Assembly: GCA_963665095.1 (NCBI GenBank)
Contig: OY762069.1
Coordinates: 1,760,001-1,824,000 of the forward strand
Direction of reading: 5' to 3'
Source of the DNA: an uncultured Desulfobacter sp.
GTDB taxonomy: Bacteria > Desulfobacterota > Desulfobacteria > Desulfobacterales > Desulfobacteraceae
Length of the DNA stretch: 64,000 nt
Notes under the pieces: generated by a model
Told to the model about the DNA's origin: nothing
Database searches by the model: none
What the model saw: only the letters and a program-made list of their open reading frames with translations
Translations under genes and position numbers: made by a program
Part shown: one piece after another, positions 30,104-41,268 of the stretch
Layout: each line of letters begins with the position of its first letter
How positions within the stretch are numbered: position 1 is the first letter of the stretch

Positions 30104-32875
30104 TCAGGCAACGTTGACGCTTATTTTCCGGGTAAGATAAGAGAGAAATTCCTCATAGGGCATGGGCCTGGCAAAAAGATATCCCTGGATCATATCGCAG
30201 CCTTCCGCTGCCAGGAAATCCATCTGGCTTTTGGTTTCCACCCCCTCGGCCACGGTCTGAAGGGCCATGGCCCGGGCCATGGCAAGGGCGGCCCTGACAA
30301 TGGCCTTGCTGGATTCTTCCTTTTCAATTCCGTTGATAAGAGAGGCATCCAGTTTCAGAGCGGTCAGGGGCAGATTTTTAATGGAATTCAGCGACGAATA
30401 CCCGGTTCCGAAATCATCCAGTTCCACCCTGAGTCCCATGTCCCGAAGTTCCTGCATAATACTTTTAGCCCGGTCCATATTCTGCACCAGACAGGTTTCC
30501 GTCAGTTCGATTTTAAGACGCTGCGGCGTGGCCCCGGTCTGTTGGAATACGGTTCTCACACGGTCAATGAATGTCTCATCCGCAAACTGCATGGCGCTGA
30601 TATTCACAGCCAGGGCAAACTCATCAGGAAGATGATATTTTTCCAGATCCATGGCAATGGTGCATGCCTGCCTGAGCACCCAGTCGCCCAAAGGCAGAAT
30701 AAATCCGGTACTTTCGGCCACCGGGATAAATGACTCCGGGGACACTGGCGCCTTGTCCAGGGGCTGCCAGCGAAGCAGGGCCTCTGCACCGCACAGCTCA
30801 CCGCTTTTTGATACCTGGGGCTGCAGATTCAGGCTGAACTCGTTATTATCCAGGCCGGTTTTCATATCCAGGGCCATGGCAGTGCGTGTATTCACCATGG
30901 CCTGACGTGCTTTATTATAAAAACAGATCCGGTTGCGGCCCATATCCTTGGCTTCGTACATGGCCACATCCGCCCGTTTAATCACCTCGCTTTTATCCCG
31001 ATCCTGACCGTAAAAAAGGGCCACACCCACCGAGGCACTGGTGTGATGCACATGCTGGGCCTCTCCCAGGATATAAGGCCGGTTCAGTACGCTGCGAATC
31101 TTTTCCGCCACAGCCATGGCTTTTTCATGGCTCACGGTTTCGTCACTGCCCAGCCACTCCAGGAGCACAACAAATTCATCTCCGCCCAGACGGGCCACTG
31201 TATCGGTCTCCCTGACGCAGGCACTCAGCCGCTGGCCCACCTCTACAAGCAGGGCATCCCCGACATCGTGCCCCTTGGTGTCATTCAGACTTTTAAAATT
31301 ATCCAGATCCAGCATGAGTAAGGCACCGTGCAATTTTTTTCTTCCTGCCATGGCCATGGCATGGGAGAGTCGGTCCATAATCATACGCCGGTTGGCAAGC
31401 CCTGTTAAAGCATCATACAGGGCCAGTTTACGAATCCGGTCTTCCGCCTGTTTGCGTTCGGTAATATCCCAGATATATCCGTACCACAAGGTACCGCCAT
31501 CCATCATCCGTTCCGGGGTGGCATGCCCCTCCAGCCAGATCTTTCCTTTGTCCGGATGGTTGATCCGAAACTGGGCTTTCCAGGTTTTCAAGGATGCCGC
31601 AGACGTGTCAATGCTTTCAATCACCTGTTGCAGATCTTCCTGGAAAATAAGCCTGGAAAAAATTCGGGCATCTTCCTCCAGTCTTCCGGCACTGGCCCCA
31701 CATGTCTGCTGCACCCCGGAGCTGACATAGGGCATACAGGAGTGCCCTTTTGTATCCCGTTTAAACTGAAAAATAAATCCGGGAATATGCCGTGACAACT
31801 TGTCCAGTTTATTTGACAGCTCCTTGCGCTCTGTAATGTCATGAATGGTACCGGAAATTTTCTCCACCCGGCCGGTCTCTCCCTTCACAGAGGCTGACTT
31901 CTGATATACCAGGCGCTCTGCACCGTCGGGACGGATAATCCGGAATTCCATATTTAACGCCTCAGGATTACGATAAAGTGCATTATACTGATTTTTTACC
32001 ATGCCCCTGTCATCCGGATGAATAAATTCAAGGACATTTCCCTGGATCAACTCCGTATTTTTCCTGGACCTGCCCAAAATATCGTAGACCTGATCTGAAC
32101 AGCTTATATTACCGGATGCCATATCTATTTCCCAGTCACCCACCAGGGCCAGCTTTTGAGCTTCCTCCAGACGTTTTCGGGTATCCGTGAGCTGGGATAC
32201 TGAAGACTGCAGGTGCACCAGAGCTTTTTCCACCTGTTTTTCCAGGGGCCGGAATATAAATCCTGCCTCAATCAGCAGCGCCAGAAGGGCGGCCAGCCAT
32301 ATAAACCGCTCAAACCGTTCAATTTTCACAATGGCGGCCCTGCCAATGCGTTCATATTCATCCACAGCAGCATCCAGCAGCGGCTCAAGCACATGAGGCC
32401 CGTAATTAACCAGATAGATATACGCCACAGAGCCTGTGGTCAGGCTTTCCATATCCGCGTCATACACCTGACGTGCCCGTTCCAGAAAACGAGAAAGCGC
32501 CAGATCCAGACCCATCATGGAATCCTCATAAATATTTATCAGGGTGTCATTGGTGAGTTTAGGGATTTTGGTTTCAGGATCACCGTTACGAAGGGCCTTA
32601 TGGGCAGCCGCCATCTTGTGAATGGTCAGCCCCACCTGGGACCGTGCCTGATTAAACTCTGTTTCGTCATCGGTTGCAGCCATCAGGCTTGCAAAATAGG
32701 CAATCCGGTTGGTCAGGCCCGCCTGGTGCCCTGCCAGGCTCACAAGCCTGGAAAAATCACGCTGTTTTGAAATCACATGCTGCATACTGAAAAAAGAAGC
32801 TGTCACCAGAAGTGCTATGGCGCTTAACCCCAGGACATAACGCAACCGCAGTTTTCCAACAATGCTCAAAGACAA
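30104..32875 (-). CDS. Membrane-anchored PAS-PAS-GGDEF-EAL diguanylate cyclase/phosphodiesterase
   Basis: Two TM helices flanking a four-helix sensor region, two PAS/PAC units, intact GGDEF, EALLRW and DDFGTGYSS; TTG start with GGAGG RBS. Confidence 0.93.
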   Translation of the reverse strand: MSLSIVGKLRLRYVLGLSAIALLVTASFFSMQHVISKQRDFSRLVSLAGHQAGLTNRIAYFASLMAATDDETEFNQARSQVGLTIHKMAAAHKALRNGDPETKIPKLTNDTLINIYEDSMMGLDLALSRFLERARQVYDADMESLTTGSVAYIYLVNYGPHVLEPLLDAAVDEYERIGRAAIVKIERFERFIWLAALLALLIEAGFIFRPLEKQVEKALVHLQSSVSQLTDTRKRLEEAQKLALVGDWEIDMASGNISCSDQVYDILGRSRKNTELIQGNVLEFIHPDDRGMVKNQYNALYRNPEALNMEFRIIRPDGAERLVYQKSASVKGETGRVEKISGTIHDITERKELSNKLDKLSRHIPGFIFQFKRDTKGHSCMPYVSSGVQQTCGASAGRLEEDARIFSRLIFQEDLQQVIESIDTSAASLKTWKAQFRINHPDKGKIWLEGHATPERMMDGGTLWYGYIWDITERKQAEDRIRKLALYDALTGLANRRMIMDRLSHAMAMAGRKKLHGALLMLDLDNFKSLNDTKGHDVGDALLVEVGQRLSACVRETDTVARLGGDEFVVLLEWLGSDETVSHEKAMAVAEKIRSVLNRPYILGEAQHVHHTSASVGVALFYGQDRDKSEVIKRADVAMYEAKDMGRNRICFYNKARQAMVNTRTAMALDMKTGLDNNEFSLNLQPQVSKSGELCGAEALLRWQPLDKAPVSPESFIPVAESTGFILPLGDWVLRQACTIAMDLEKYHLPDEFALAVNISAMQFADETFIDRVRTVFQQTGATPQRLKIELTETCLVQNMDRAKSIMQELRDMGLRVELDDFGTGYSSLNSIKNLPLTALKLDASLINGIEKEESSKAIVRAALAMARAMALQTVAEGVETKSQMDFLAAEGCDMIQGYLFARPMPYEEFLSYLTRKISVNVA

Positions 32876-33197
32876 AATATCCTCCCGGCCCCACAGGAAA
32901 TTTACCGTTTATTCATCAATTTTTCCCTTATACCGGGCCGGCACAAAACTTGCCCGGCCACCGGGTGTAATCTAAATTACGCTTCGGTAACAGTTTCTTA
33001 TCATTCTATTATTAGCGTAAGATTAAAGAATGATGCGAACCACAGATTTTATATTAAAGTTTTAAAAAAGGCGGTCCGCCCTGACCAGCCCCTCCTTTTT
33101 TATTGAATCCTACCCTGTTTCCAATTAAATTAAGGGCCGGCACGACAAAAGAAACTGGCAACTGCAGGACCCAGACACCGGGAGCAGATGAAAAAGT

Positions 33198-35477
33198 ATG
33201 GAGTTAAAAAAACCGGACCATTTAAACCTTTTGTGCGATATGGGAGAGCTTGCCTCCATTATCACCAGCGGATCTGATATTGAAGCATTTCTGGCAGGCG
33301 CCACTGAACTTGTGGCCAAACACCTTAAGGCACATGTCTGCTCCATCTACCTGTTTGATACCCATTCCGGAAATCTGGTTCTCAAGGCAACCCGGGGCCT
33401 GAATCCGGATGCGGTCAACCAGGTCAGAATGCTGCCGTCAGAAGGTCTGGTTGGCCAGTGCTTTTCCACGGACCGCATTTTACGTGTGGGAAATGCCCGG
33501 ATCTCCCCGGGATTTAAATATTTTGACAATGCCGGAGAAGAACCGTTCAATTCGTTTCTTTGCGTGCCCATCCGCCGGGGCGTGGTAAAAATCGGGGTGC
33601 TGGTGGTCCAGCACCGGCAGATGGACCATTTTACCCTGCTGGATGAACGGGCATTGAGAACCGCTGCCACCCAGCTGGCCGGCGCCATTGAAAATGCCCG
33701 CCTGCTCATGGCCCTGTCACCGGAGTCAGCCGATCCAACGGAAAAAGAGACAGGGGCAGCCAATGGATTCCCAGCCTTTATCAAAGGAAAATCCGATGGA
33801 TCAGGCTCAGCGCTTGGCACCATCCGGCCTTCCAGAAGAAAGCGCAAAGCCTGTCTGTATGACCTGGACCAAAGCGGTATCACCTATACCCTGGCCGATT
33901 TTAAAACGGCTGTGGAGAAAACCATCCAGGAACTGAAAAACCTTCAGGACCGGTTTGCCGCAAGTCTGCCGGAAAGTGCCTCGTTGATCTTCACCGCCCA
34001 TTTCATGATGCTCAAGGATAAAAATTTTACCGGGAAGATGGCCGCTCTGGTTCAACAGGGACACGCTCCGGTGGAAGCCGTCCAGCAAGTAGTCCAGAAA
34101 TACATCAAAATATTTTCAGACACCCCCCATGCCTATATGCAGGAAAAAGCTGTGGATGTGGAGGACTTGGGCATTCGTCTTCTCAGCCACCTTAAGGCAG
34201 TTCATACCCCTGCAACGAAGGACAGAGGTTCAATTTTTGTCACCCAGGACATCTACCCGTCGGACATGATGAAGCTGACAGCCGACGGCATCAGGGGTAT
34301 CGTACTTGTGGGCGGGGGCGTCACTTCCCATGTCACGATTCTTGCCCGCTCTTTGTCCATCCCGCTGATTATTGCCGACGACACAGGCCTGCTGGACCTG
34401 CCCGACAACACACGGCTGCTCCTGGACGCGGGCCAGGGCAATATATACATCAACCCGGACGACAATACCCTTGCTGTATTCAAATCCAAACAGGAGGCGG
34501 AAACCCGGGCCAGGACCCGGGAGATGGCGCCAGCCACCTATACCATAGATAATAAACGAATCCGGCTTCTGGCCAACATCAACCTGCTCAGTGAAATCCG
34601 CCTGGCCCGGGAGCTGAAATCCGAAGGCATCGGCCTGTACAGAACTGAATTTCCCTTTCTGATCCGCAGCGGGTTCCCGTCTGAGGACGAACAGTACCTG
34701 ATTTATAAGGGACTGTTTGACAAAACAGATCCCAACCTGGTCACCACAGTGCGGACCCTGGATGCCGGTGGCGAAAAAGTGATACGGCATGCCGATTTCG
34801 TACAGGAGGCCAACCCGGCTTTGGGGCTTCGCTCCATCCGCTTTGTCCTCAAACACCGCCAGATCTTCTATAACCAGGTGAAGGCCATTCTTCGCGCGGC
34901 CTGTGGACGGGACAACGTGCGGCTGATGTTTCCGCTGATCTCCTCCATTGACGAATTTGAAGCGGCGAAACAGGTGGTGACCGATTGTTCAAAGGAGTTG
35001 ACGACAGAAGGCATAGACCATAACAGCGCCCCTGAAATCGGCATGATGATAGAACTGCCGTCAGTGCTGGCGACCCTTGACGAATTTGCCAGGATGGCTG
35101 ATTTCTTTGCCATTGGTACCAATGATTTTGTCCAGTACATGGTGGGGGCGGACCGGGGCAACAAACTGGTAGCAGAACACTATATCCCGTACCATCCGGC
35201 CGTAAACCGTGGCATCGCACAAATAGCAGACACCGCCGCCAGACACAGCATTGACGTATCGGTTTGCGGCGAAATGGCCCATGATCCCGACTACATTCCC
35301 TTTCTGATCGGTACCGGCATCAGCACCTTAAGCGTCAATCCCCAGTTCCTGCCAGAAGTTCAGGCTGCCATCACGGGCATTCGGTTTTCCGAGGCAAAAG
35401 CGTATGCCCAAACGCTTCTGGCCCAGACCCGGGTAAAGGATGCGGCCCGCATCCTGAAGCAGCGGCCCGGGGCCTGA
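33198..35477 (+). CDS. ptsP: GAF-containing phosphoenolpyruvate-protein phosphotransferase (EI-Ntr type)
   Basis: N-terminal GAF; phospho-His motif TSHVTILARS; GIGLYRTEF, NPALGLRSIR, IGTNDFVQY, VCGEMA. Confidence 0.92.
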   Translation: MELKKPDHLNLLCDMGELASIITSGSDIEAFLAGATELVAKHLKAHVCSIYLFDTHSGNLVLKATRGLNPDAVNQVRMLPSEGLVGQCFSTDRILRVGNARISPGFKYFDNAGEEPFNSFLCVPIRRGVVKIGVLVVQHRQMDHFTLLDERALRTAATQLAGAIENARLLMALSPESADPTEKETGAANGFPAFIKGKSDGSGSALGTIRPSRRKRKACLYDLDQSGITYTLADFKTAVEKTIQELKNLQDRFAASLPESASLIFTAHFMMLKDKNFTGKMAALVQQGHAPVEAVQQVVQKYIKIFSDTPHAYMQEKAVDVEDLGIRLLSHLKAVHTPATKDRGSIFVTQDIYPSDMMKLTADGIRGIVLVGGGVTSHVTILARSLSIPLIIADDTGLLDLPDNTRLLLDAGQGNIYINPDDNTLAVFKSKQEAETRARTREMAPATYTIDNKRIRLLANINLLSEIRLARELKSEGIGLYRTEFPFLIRSGFPSEDEQYLIYKGLFDKTDPNLVTTVRTLDAGGEKVIRHADFVQEANPALGLRSIRFVLKHRQIFYNQVKAILRAACGRDNVRLMFPLISSIDEFEAAKQVVTDCSKELTTEGIDHNSAPEIGMMIELPSVLATLDEFARMADFFAIGTNDFVQYMVGADRGNKLVAEHYIPYHPAVNRGIAQIADTAARHSIDVSVCGEMAHDPDYIPFLIGTGISTLSVNPQFLPEVQAAITGIRFSEAKAYAQTLLAQTRVKDAARILKQRPGA

Positions 35478-35484
35478 TTCGTTT

Positions 35485-36270
35485 ATGACACAGGATTACA
35501 ATTTCGACCAGCTGGCCTCCCGGTTCCAAACCAAAGTGTATGGCGGACTCAAAGGGCGGATAAGAATCGCAGTGCTTGAACGTGACCTTAATGAATTTTT
35601 TCCGGAAATAGTTGCCCCTGCCCCGAAAGTGTCCTTAAACATCCTTGACGCTGGCGGCGGATTTGGTCCTTTTTCAATTCTGCTGGCCGAAAAAGGGCAC
35701 AGGGTGACCATCTGCGATCTGTCTGAAAAGATGCTTGAGAAGGCCCGGGAACTGTTTCTGGCCCAGGGCGTAGATCGGAACCTTTCCATCTGCCACGGCC
35801 CGGTCCAGAAGTTAGACCGAAAACTGGACGGTCAATTCGATCTGGTGCTCTGCCACGGGGTTTTAGGGTGGATAAAAGAGCCTGCGCCCTTTATCTGCCG
35901 CATCATGGATCTTATGGCTGAAAACGGTATTCTTTCTTTGAGTTTTTACAATCTCAACGGCATGATTTTCAAAAATCTGCTCCGGACAAATTATAAAAAA
36001 ATCTTAAAGAAAGCATATACCGGATATCCGGGCAGCCTGACACCCTGCTGGCCCCGGACAGCTGACCAGGTGACACAGTGGCTTGACGCGCACCCTTTTG
36101 AAATCCTTTGCCAAAGCGGCATACGGGTATTCCATGATTATATACTGGACCCGTTGGACCGTGAACGTGATCCGGAAAACCAGGTCCAAATGGAACTGAA
36201 ATTCTCCCGTCAACCACCCTTCAGAGATTTGGGAAGATACCTGCATATTCTGGGCAGGAAACGAATTTAA
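35485..36270 (+). CDS. cmoM: SAM-dependent methyltransferase, SmtA/CmoM-like
   Basis: N-terminus NFDQLASRFQTKVYGGLKGRIR, ILDAGGGFG, FDLVLCHGVL, SGIRVFHDY, LGRYLH. Confidence 0.75.
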   Translation: MTQDYNFDQLASRFQTKVYGGLKGRIRIAVLERDLNEFFPEIVAPAPKVSLNILDAGGGFGPFSILLAEKGHRVTICDLSEKMLEKARELFLAQGVDRNLSICHGPVQKLDRKLDGQFDLVLCHGVLGWIKEPAPFICRIMDLMAENGILSLSFYNLNGMIFKNLLRTNYKKILKKAYTGYPGSLTPCWPRTADQVTQWLDAHPFEILCQSGIRVFHDYILDPLDRERDPENQVQMELKFSRQPPFRDLGRYLHILGRKRI

Positions 36271-36786
36271 GTTCTATGGCAGAAATTTCAAACGCCAGCT
36301 GTAAAAAGTAACGGGGCAGACATTCCGGGGTCTTTTTCCATAATATAATAAATTTATATATAAGCCTTGCCCCAGATGAGCTTCAATCGGGTATCACAGG
36401 GATTTGAAAAAAAATTCCCCTTAATTTTGCTTTTTCCTCTTGTTTTTATCGCTGTTTTATGCAAAATTTTAAAACACATTAATTAGCATAAATTTTTAGT
36501 TTTCAAAGAGATTAGCAATTTCGCATTATTCTCTTTCATAAAAGTATAACCTGGGTTTTTCCGTTATTTCTCCAACCCGTTAAATATTGATTAAATATTG
36601 TCCCCAGGCACTGGTTCAAAGCATTTAATTAGAATTTAAAAAAAACACTATAACTTCAGACACAAATTTTACGAAAAATGGGCAGTGTGACTGTCTTGCT
36701 GTCAGTCTTTGCCTGCAGCAGGTTCCAAGATACTATCTTTTAGCCTGCCGGAAAATTAAATTCAAATAAACTACGGAGTGACGATC

Positions 36787-37674
36787 ATGAAAAAATGCAC
36801 ATTCTTACTGGCCGTTGTATTTATGTTTTTTACCATTCAGACAGGCTTTGCTGCGGATAGTTACAAAATTGGGGTATTGGCCAAACGCGGGCCTGTCAAA
36901 GCCCTTAAACAGTGGGGCAGTACCGGGAAATATCTCACCGAAAAAATCGGGACCACGTTTGAGATTGTCCCCCTTGATTTTGATGCCGTCAACCCGGCCA
37001 TCGAAAAGGGAACTGTGGACTTTTTCCTTGTAAACTCTTCCATGTTTATTACTGCCAAAGCCAAGTATGGTGCCTCTGCCATTGCCACCATGATCAATTC
37101 AAGACAGGGCAAGCCTTTGAAGTCTTTTGGCGGTGTTATTCTGACCAACGATGAAAACGACGATATCAACTCTCTGGCAGACTTAAAGGGAAAATCTTTT
37201 GCCGCAGTTGAAAAATCGTCCTTCGGCGGCTGGCAAATGGCGTACATGGAATTGTTAAACCAGGGGATTGACCCATTCAAGGATTTCTCAGAGGTACAGT
37301 TTGTAGGCAAGCATGACAATGTTGTGCTGGCTATTCAGAACGGAGCCCAGGACGCCGGAACCGTAAGAACCGACACCCTTGAACGTATGCAGGCAGAGGG
37401 GATTATCGACATGGAAGATTTTAAAATTTTAAATGCCCAGTCTCACAGCGACTTCCCTTTTGTATGCAGCACACAGCTGTACCCGGAATGGCCTATGGCA
37501 AAAACCTCTGCTGTTTCCGACGCGATTGCCGCGAAAGTACTTGCCGCGCTCAAACAGATCAGGCCTGGCGATTTGGCTGCCAAGGACGCCAAAATTGTAG
37601 GCTGGACCGATGCACTTGACTATCAGGGTGTTGAAGACCTGCAAATGGCATTGAAAATAGGCGCATACAAATAG
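36787..37674 (+). CDS. Phosphate/phosphonate-type (PhnD-like) periplasmic binding protein
   Basis: Signal peptide; DLKGKSFAAVEKSSFGGW, HDNVVLAI, DAGTVRTDTLERM, STQLYPEWP. Confidence 0.85.
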   Translation: MKKCTFLLAVVFMFFTIQTGFAADSYKIGVLAKRGPVKALKQWGSTGKYLTEKIGTTFEIVPLDFDAVNPAIEKGTVDFFLVNSSMFITAKAKYGASAIATMINSRQGKPLKSFGGVILTNDENDDINSLADLKGKSFAAVEKSSFGGWQMAYMELLNQGIDPFKDFSEVQFVGKHDNVVLAIQNGAQDAGTVRTDTLERMQAEGIIDMEDFKILNAQSHSDFPFVCSTQLYPEWPMAKTSAVSDAIAAKVLAALKQIRPGDLAAKDAKIVGWTDALDYQGVEDLQMALKIGAYK

Positions 37675-37784
37675 CCCGTTTTAAAAAATTCCGACAATGA
37701 CTTGTCCGGATATATAAAACCCGTATTGATTTTTACGCACCCAGAGGCCACAACCTGTTAATACAGTCTAGGAGCAATACAACC

Positions 37785-39827
37785 ATGAGAAAAACAGCCG
37801 GCAACATTAAAGCCCTTTCACCTGAAAAAGGCGGTCGCCTATGGATAAAGCTTCTGATCCCCATGACGGCCATTCTTGCAGTTGCTCTTTTAGGGCTGGC
37901 TTTAATCATCATCGCATCTCAATCAAGTTCATTGAATAAGATGGGAAACAAAATCCAGGGCATGCTCACTGAGTCCGGTAACCTTATTGATACAGATTTG
38001 AAAAAAATGGAATCGGATGTAAGGCAAAAAATGGACCAGATGGCCCAGACCACAACCGATCTGTTAACAAAATCCTGCACAGAATCCCTGACCCGGATTA
38101 AAACAAACGTCAAAACTGCCTGGATGAGTAGTATTGAAGAGGACGCAAATTCCATGGCAGACCTGTTGGCCAGTGTTGCACCTCCGGCCATTTTAAATGG
38201 CGACTACACCGCCCTGCTTGGCTATGTCAAATCAGCCTGTTCCAACCACAGTGTCGTTTATGCCCTGTATCTAAAACCCGATGGGAAGCCCTATATCAAA
38301 TACCTGGACCAGGAACATAAAAAAATTACGCACTATATTAAAACCGGCCAGGGCAAAAAGAAGTATCAAAAGGTCCTCCAGGCATCAGGTAGTGATCCTG
38401 ATGTATATGTGGTTAAAAAAGTTATCCAATTGGAAGGCAAAGCCCTGGGAGATCTTGTGTTCTGCCTTGATAAAACAGAAATCAACCAGAAGCTGGCTGC
38501 CATGTCCGGCGACTTTGACAGCCTGATTCAGGAAAATTCACAGAAAATCGGCTCCACACTGAGAGAAGAGTCCCGTGTGGTTATCAGCAGCATTGCCACA
38601 ATCATTGAAGATGTCTCCGACAACAATCGAACTGTTGTCAGCAAAACCAGTGCCAGCATTGTTGATTCCAGCCACCAGGTTAAAAATAAAACAAAAATCC
38701 GGCTGGCTATTTTTGGTACAGCCTGCTGTCTTTTGATCCTGGGTTTGAGTTTTCTGCTTCTTGAGACCCTTGTGATTGTACCGGTGGGCCAGATCAGCAA
38801 GAGCCTTGAAAATATTGCATCCGGAGAGGGAGATTTAACCCGGCGGATCAAAATTAAAAACCAGGATGAACTCGGGGCACTGGTTCACTGGTTCAATGCA
38901 TTCATCCAGCGTTTGAACAACATTATTCTGGACATCGGAACCAATTCGGAAACCGTTACCATGGCATCCCAGGAACTTGTAACCGCTTCCGGTCAGGTGG
39001 CGGATGATGCAAGGGATCTTTTAACTAAGGCCAGTACAGTCACCGAAGCTTCGAAAAAAATGAGTACCAATATGGAGTCGGTGGATGCCACATCAACCCA
39101 GGTATCTGAGAGTGTAAGGTCTGTTGCGCAATCATCTGCCCAGATGCAATCCACTTTCCAGGATGTGGTCAAAAACTGTGAACATGCCAGGGAAATTTCC
39201 GATGAAGCCGCGGCCCAAGTCAACCAGGCCTCAGAACGGGTGGAACATTTAGGCTCTTCTGCCAAGGATATCTCCAGGGTCACAGAAGCCATCACCGATA
39301 TTGCGGAACAGACCAATCTGTTAGCCCTGAATGCCACCATAGAGGCAGCCCGGGCCGGAGAAGCGGGCAAAGGGTTTGCCGTTGTGGCCGGTGAAATTAA
39401 AAGCCTTGCAGAACAAACAGCCCAGGCCACCAACGATATCAGGTCCAAAATCCTGGATATACAAAACTCCACAGACAACACGGTCCACGATGTTAAAAAA
39501 ATCGCCACCGTCATTATACAGGTAAATGAGCTTGTCTCTTCTGTTGTCACGGCCATGGAAGAGCAGTTTACCTCTGCAGCACAGATGACACAGAACATGG
39601 AACAGGCATCTGAAGGCATTCATGATGTCAGTAACAACATATCCTCAAGCTCCCAGGTGTCATCTGAAATTGCCAGGGATATTGCCAGCGTGAATACGGT
39701 GTCGGAGGATATATCACAAAAGAGCAGCCAGATGGATGAAAACGCAAGGAACCTGGCCGAGCTGTCAACAAAATTAAAGGATATGATTTCCGTGTTCAAG
39801 GTCTCCAGGGAAGAAACGCCGACATGA
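37785..39827 (+). CDS. Methyl-accepting chemotaxis protein
   Basis: Two TM, HAMP (GEGDLTRRI...DELG), signalling domain [34 protein letters not shown]. Confidence 0.95.
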   Translation: MRKTAGNIKALSPEKGGRLWIKLLIPMTAILAVALLGLALIIIASQSSSLNKMGNKIQGMLTESGNLIDTDLKKMESDVRQKMDQMAQTTTDLLTKSCTESLTRIKTNVKTAWMSSIEEDANSMADLLASVAPPAILNGDYTALLGYVKSACSNHSVVYALYLKPDGKPYIKYLDQEHKKITHYIKTGQGKKKYQKVLQASGSDPDVYVVKKVIQLEGKALGDLVFCLDKTEINQKLAAMSGDFDSLIQENSQKIGSTLREESRVVISSIATIIEDVSDNNRTVVSKTSASIVDSSHQVKNKTKIRLAIFGTACCLLILGLSFLLLETLVIVPVGQISKSLENIASGEGDLTRRIKIKNQDELGALVHWFNAFIQRLNNIILDIGTNSETVTMASQELVTASGQVADDARDLLTKASTVTEASKKMSTNMESVDATSTQVSESVRSVAQSSAQMQSTFQDVVKNCEHAREISDEAAAQVNQASERVEHLGSSAKDISRVTEAITDIAEQTNLLALNATIEAARAGEAGKGFAVVAGEIKSLAEQTAQATNDIRSKILDIQNSTDNTVHDVKKIATVIIQVNELVSSVVTAMEEQFTSAAQMTQNMEQASEGIHDVSNNISSSSQVSSEIARDIASVNTVSEDISQKSSQMDENARNLAELSTKLKDMISVFKVSREETPT

Positions 39828-39853
39828 CATCCCGCCATACAATTCAGGGCGGT

Positions 39854-40642
39854 TCAGACTTCTATTGATTTTGTTGGCCCCAGACAAAGCGTGTCCACCA
39901 CCAACCCTGCAATGGTCAACCCGAAACATCCGGGAACCCAGGCTGCCGATCCAATGGGCGGCCTGGGTCTGCCATGGCCCTCAAGGAGATCCACAGCATC
40001 CTTATCTTCAAACGGCTCTTTATTCAGCGGCGGCTCAATGGAGTAGACACAGGGCACACCATGTTCAAGCCCTCTGCGGCGCAGTCGTCTTCTCACCATC
40101 CTTGCCAGGGGGCAGACTTCGGTATCAAACAGGTCCCCGGACCGGATCATCGAGCAATCTGTTCTTCCGGCCGCACCCATGGATGATATGATATTCAGGT
40201 TCATCTGTTTTGCCCCCAGAATCAGACTGACCTTTGCATTGAGTCCGTCAATGGCATCCACCACCATATCCAGATCATCGCTCAAAAACTCAGACAGTGT
40301 ATCCGCATTGACAAAAGAGTTTTTCAGATCCACCTCACACAACGGGTTGATATCCATGACCCGCTGTCTGGCCACAGCGGCTTTTTCCAAGCCCATGGTA
40401 GAGTGAAGGGCATAGATCTGCCGGTTGATGTTGGATGCATCCACCCGGTCAAAATCCACCAGCCGCAGATACCCGATCCCGGAGCGTGCTAAGCCCTCCA
40501 CCACAAAGGAACCCACGGCACCCAAACCAAATACGGCCACACGCCCACCTTTCAGCCGGTTTACACACGCCTTGCCCAGCAACTGCTCCAGCCGGGCAAA
40601 GGGATTTATGCCTTTGTTGATCTTGTCGGACTCTTTAACCAT
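39854..40642 (-). CDS. tcdA: tRNA threonylcarbamoyladenosine dehydratase (ThiF family)
   Basis: VAVFGLGAVGS, LVDFDRVDASNINRQ, VVDAID, ISSMGAAG, CPLARMVR. Confidence 0.88.
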   Translation of the reverse strand: MVKESDKINKGINPFARLEQLLGKACVNRLKGGRVAVFGLGAVGSFVVEGLARSGIGYLRLVDFDRVDASNINRQIYALHSTMGLEKAAVARQRVMDINPLCEVDLKNSFVNADTLSEFLSDDLDMVVDAIDGLNAKVSLILGAKQMNLNIISSMGAAGRTDCSMIRSGDLFDTEVCPLARMVRRRLRRRGLEHGVPCVYSIEPPLNKEPFEDKDAVDLLEGHGRPRPPIGSAAWVPGCFGLTIAGLVVDTLCLGPTKSIEV

Positions 40643-41053
40643 GGGGCTTTTATTTATAGTTCAATGGCGTCATTTTTATGCCTTTCCAGGATGGAAGGCC
40701 TATATCAATGTTTATATCAACTGGTCAAGATAATTCCACCGGACACTTTTTACAGTTTCCTTTCAATCAGGACCATAAAACTCAAAAATATGTAAAAAAA
40801 TATTTAATTTTATTCTTTATTGACATCACCATACATAGCAGATATATCGCCATCCGGGAGTTTTTAAATCAACTAGGTATTGTGCCCTATATAGCTTATA
40901 AAACCTTGCATTGCATTTTTCATGGTTTATATGATCAGACATTATACTTCGCCCGGGCAATAAAGATTATATATTGTTTTTCGTCTGATTGTATATGCGT
41001 ATTCTGATTTCATATTCCATCTGGCTTGCATTGCTGGTGAGCAGTGTCCCCCC

Positions 41054-41182
41054 CCCCAGGGACTGAAAGGTGACACCATTCCATTGCCCGGAAGAATTAT
41101 GGCTGTGGCCGACGTGTATGATGTATTGATCAGCCACAGGGTTTACAAGCCGGCCTTTTCCCATGAACAGACTAGTAATTAA
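41054..41182 (+). pseudogene. Remnant of an HD-GYP phosphodiesterase gene
   Basis: Translates PQGLKGDTIPLPGRIMAVADVYDVLISHRVYKPAFSHEQTSN*; no start or HD motif upstream. Confidence 0.8.
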
Positions 41183-41268
41183 AGAAGATAATAAGACAAG
41201 GGTAGGCCACAGATTGCTTGTGCTGTTTTGTGGCATTTTAATTTTAAAGGAAAAATAAGGTATTATTT

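Noticed and set aside
36271..36786. Long AT-rich intergenic region as a possible sRNA or riboswitch
   Set aside because: No convincing conserved motif or stable structure recognised; a covariance-model search would be needed.
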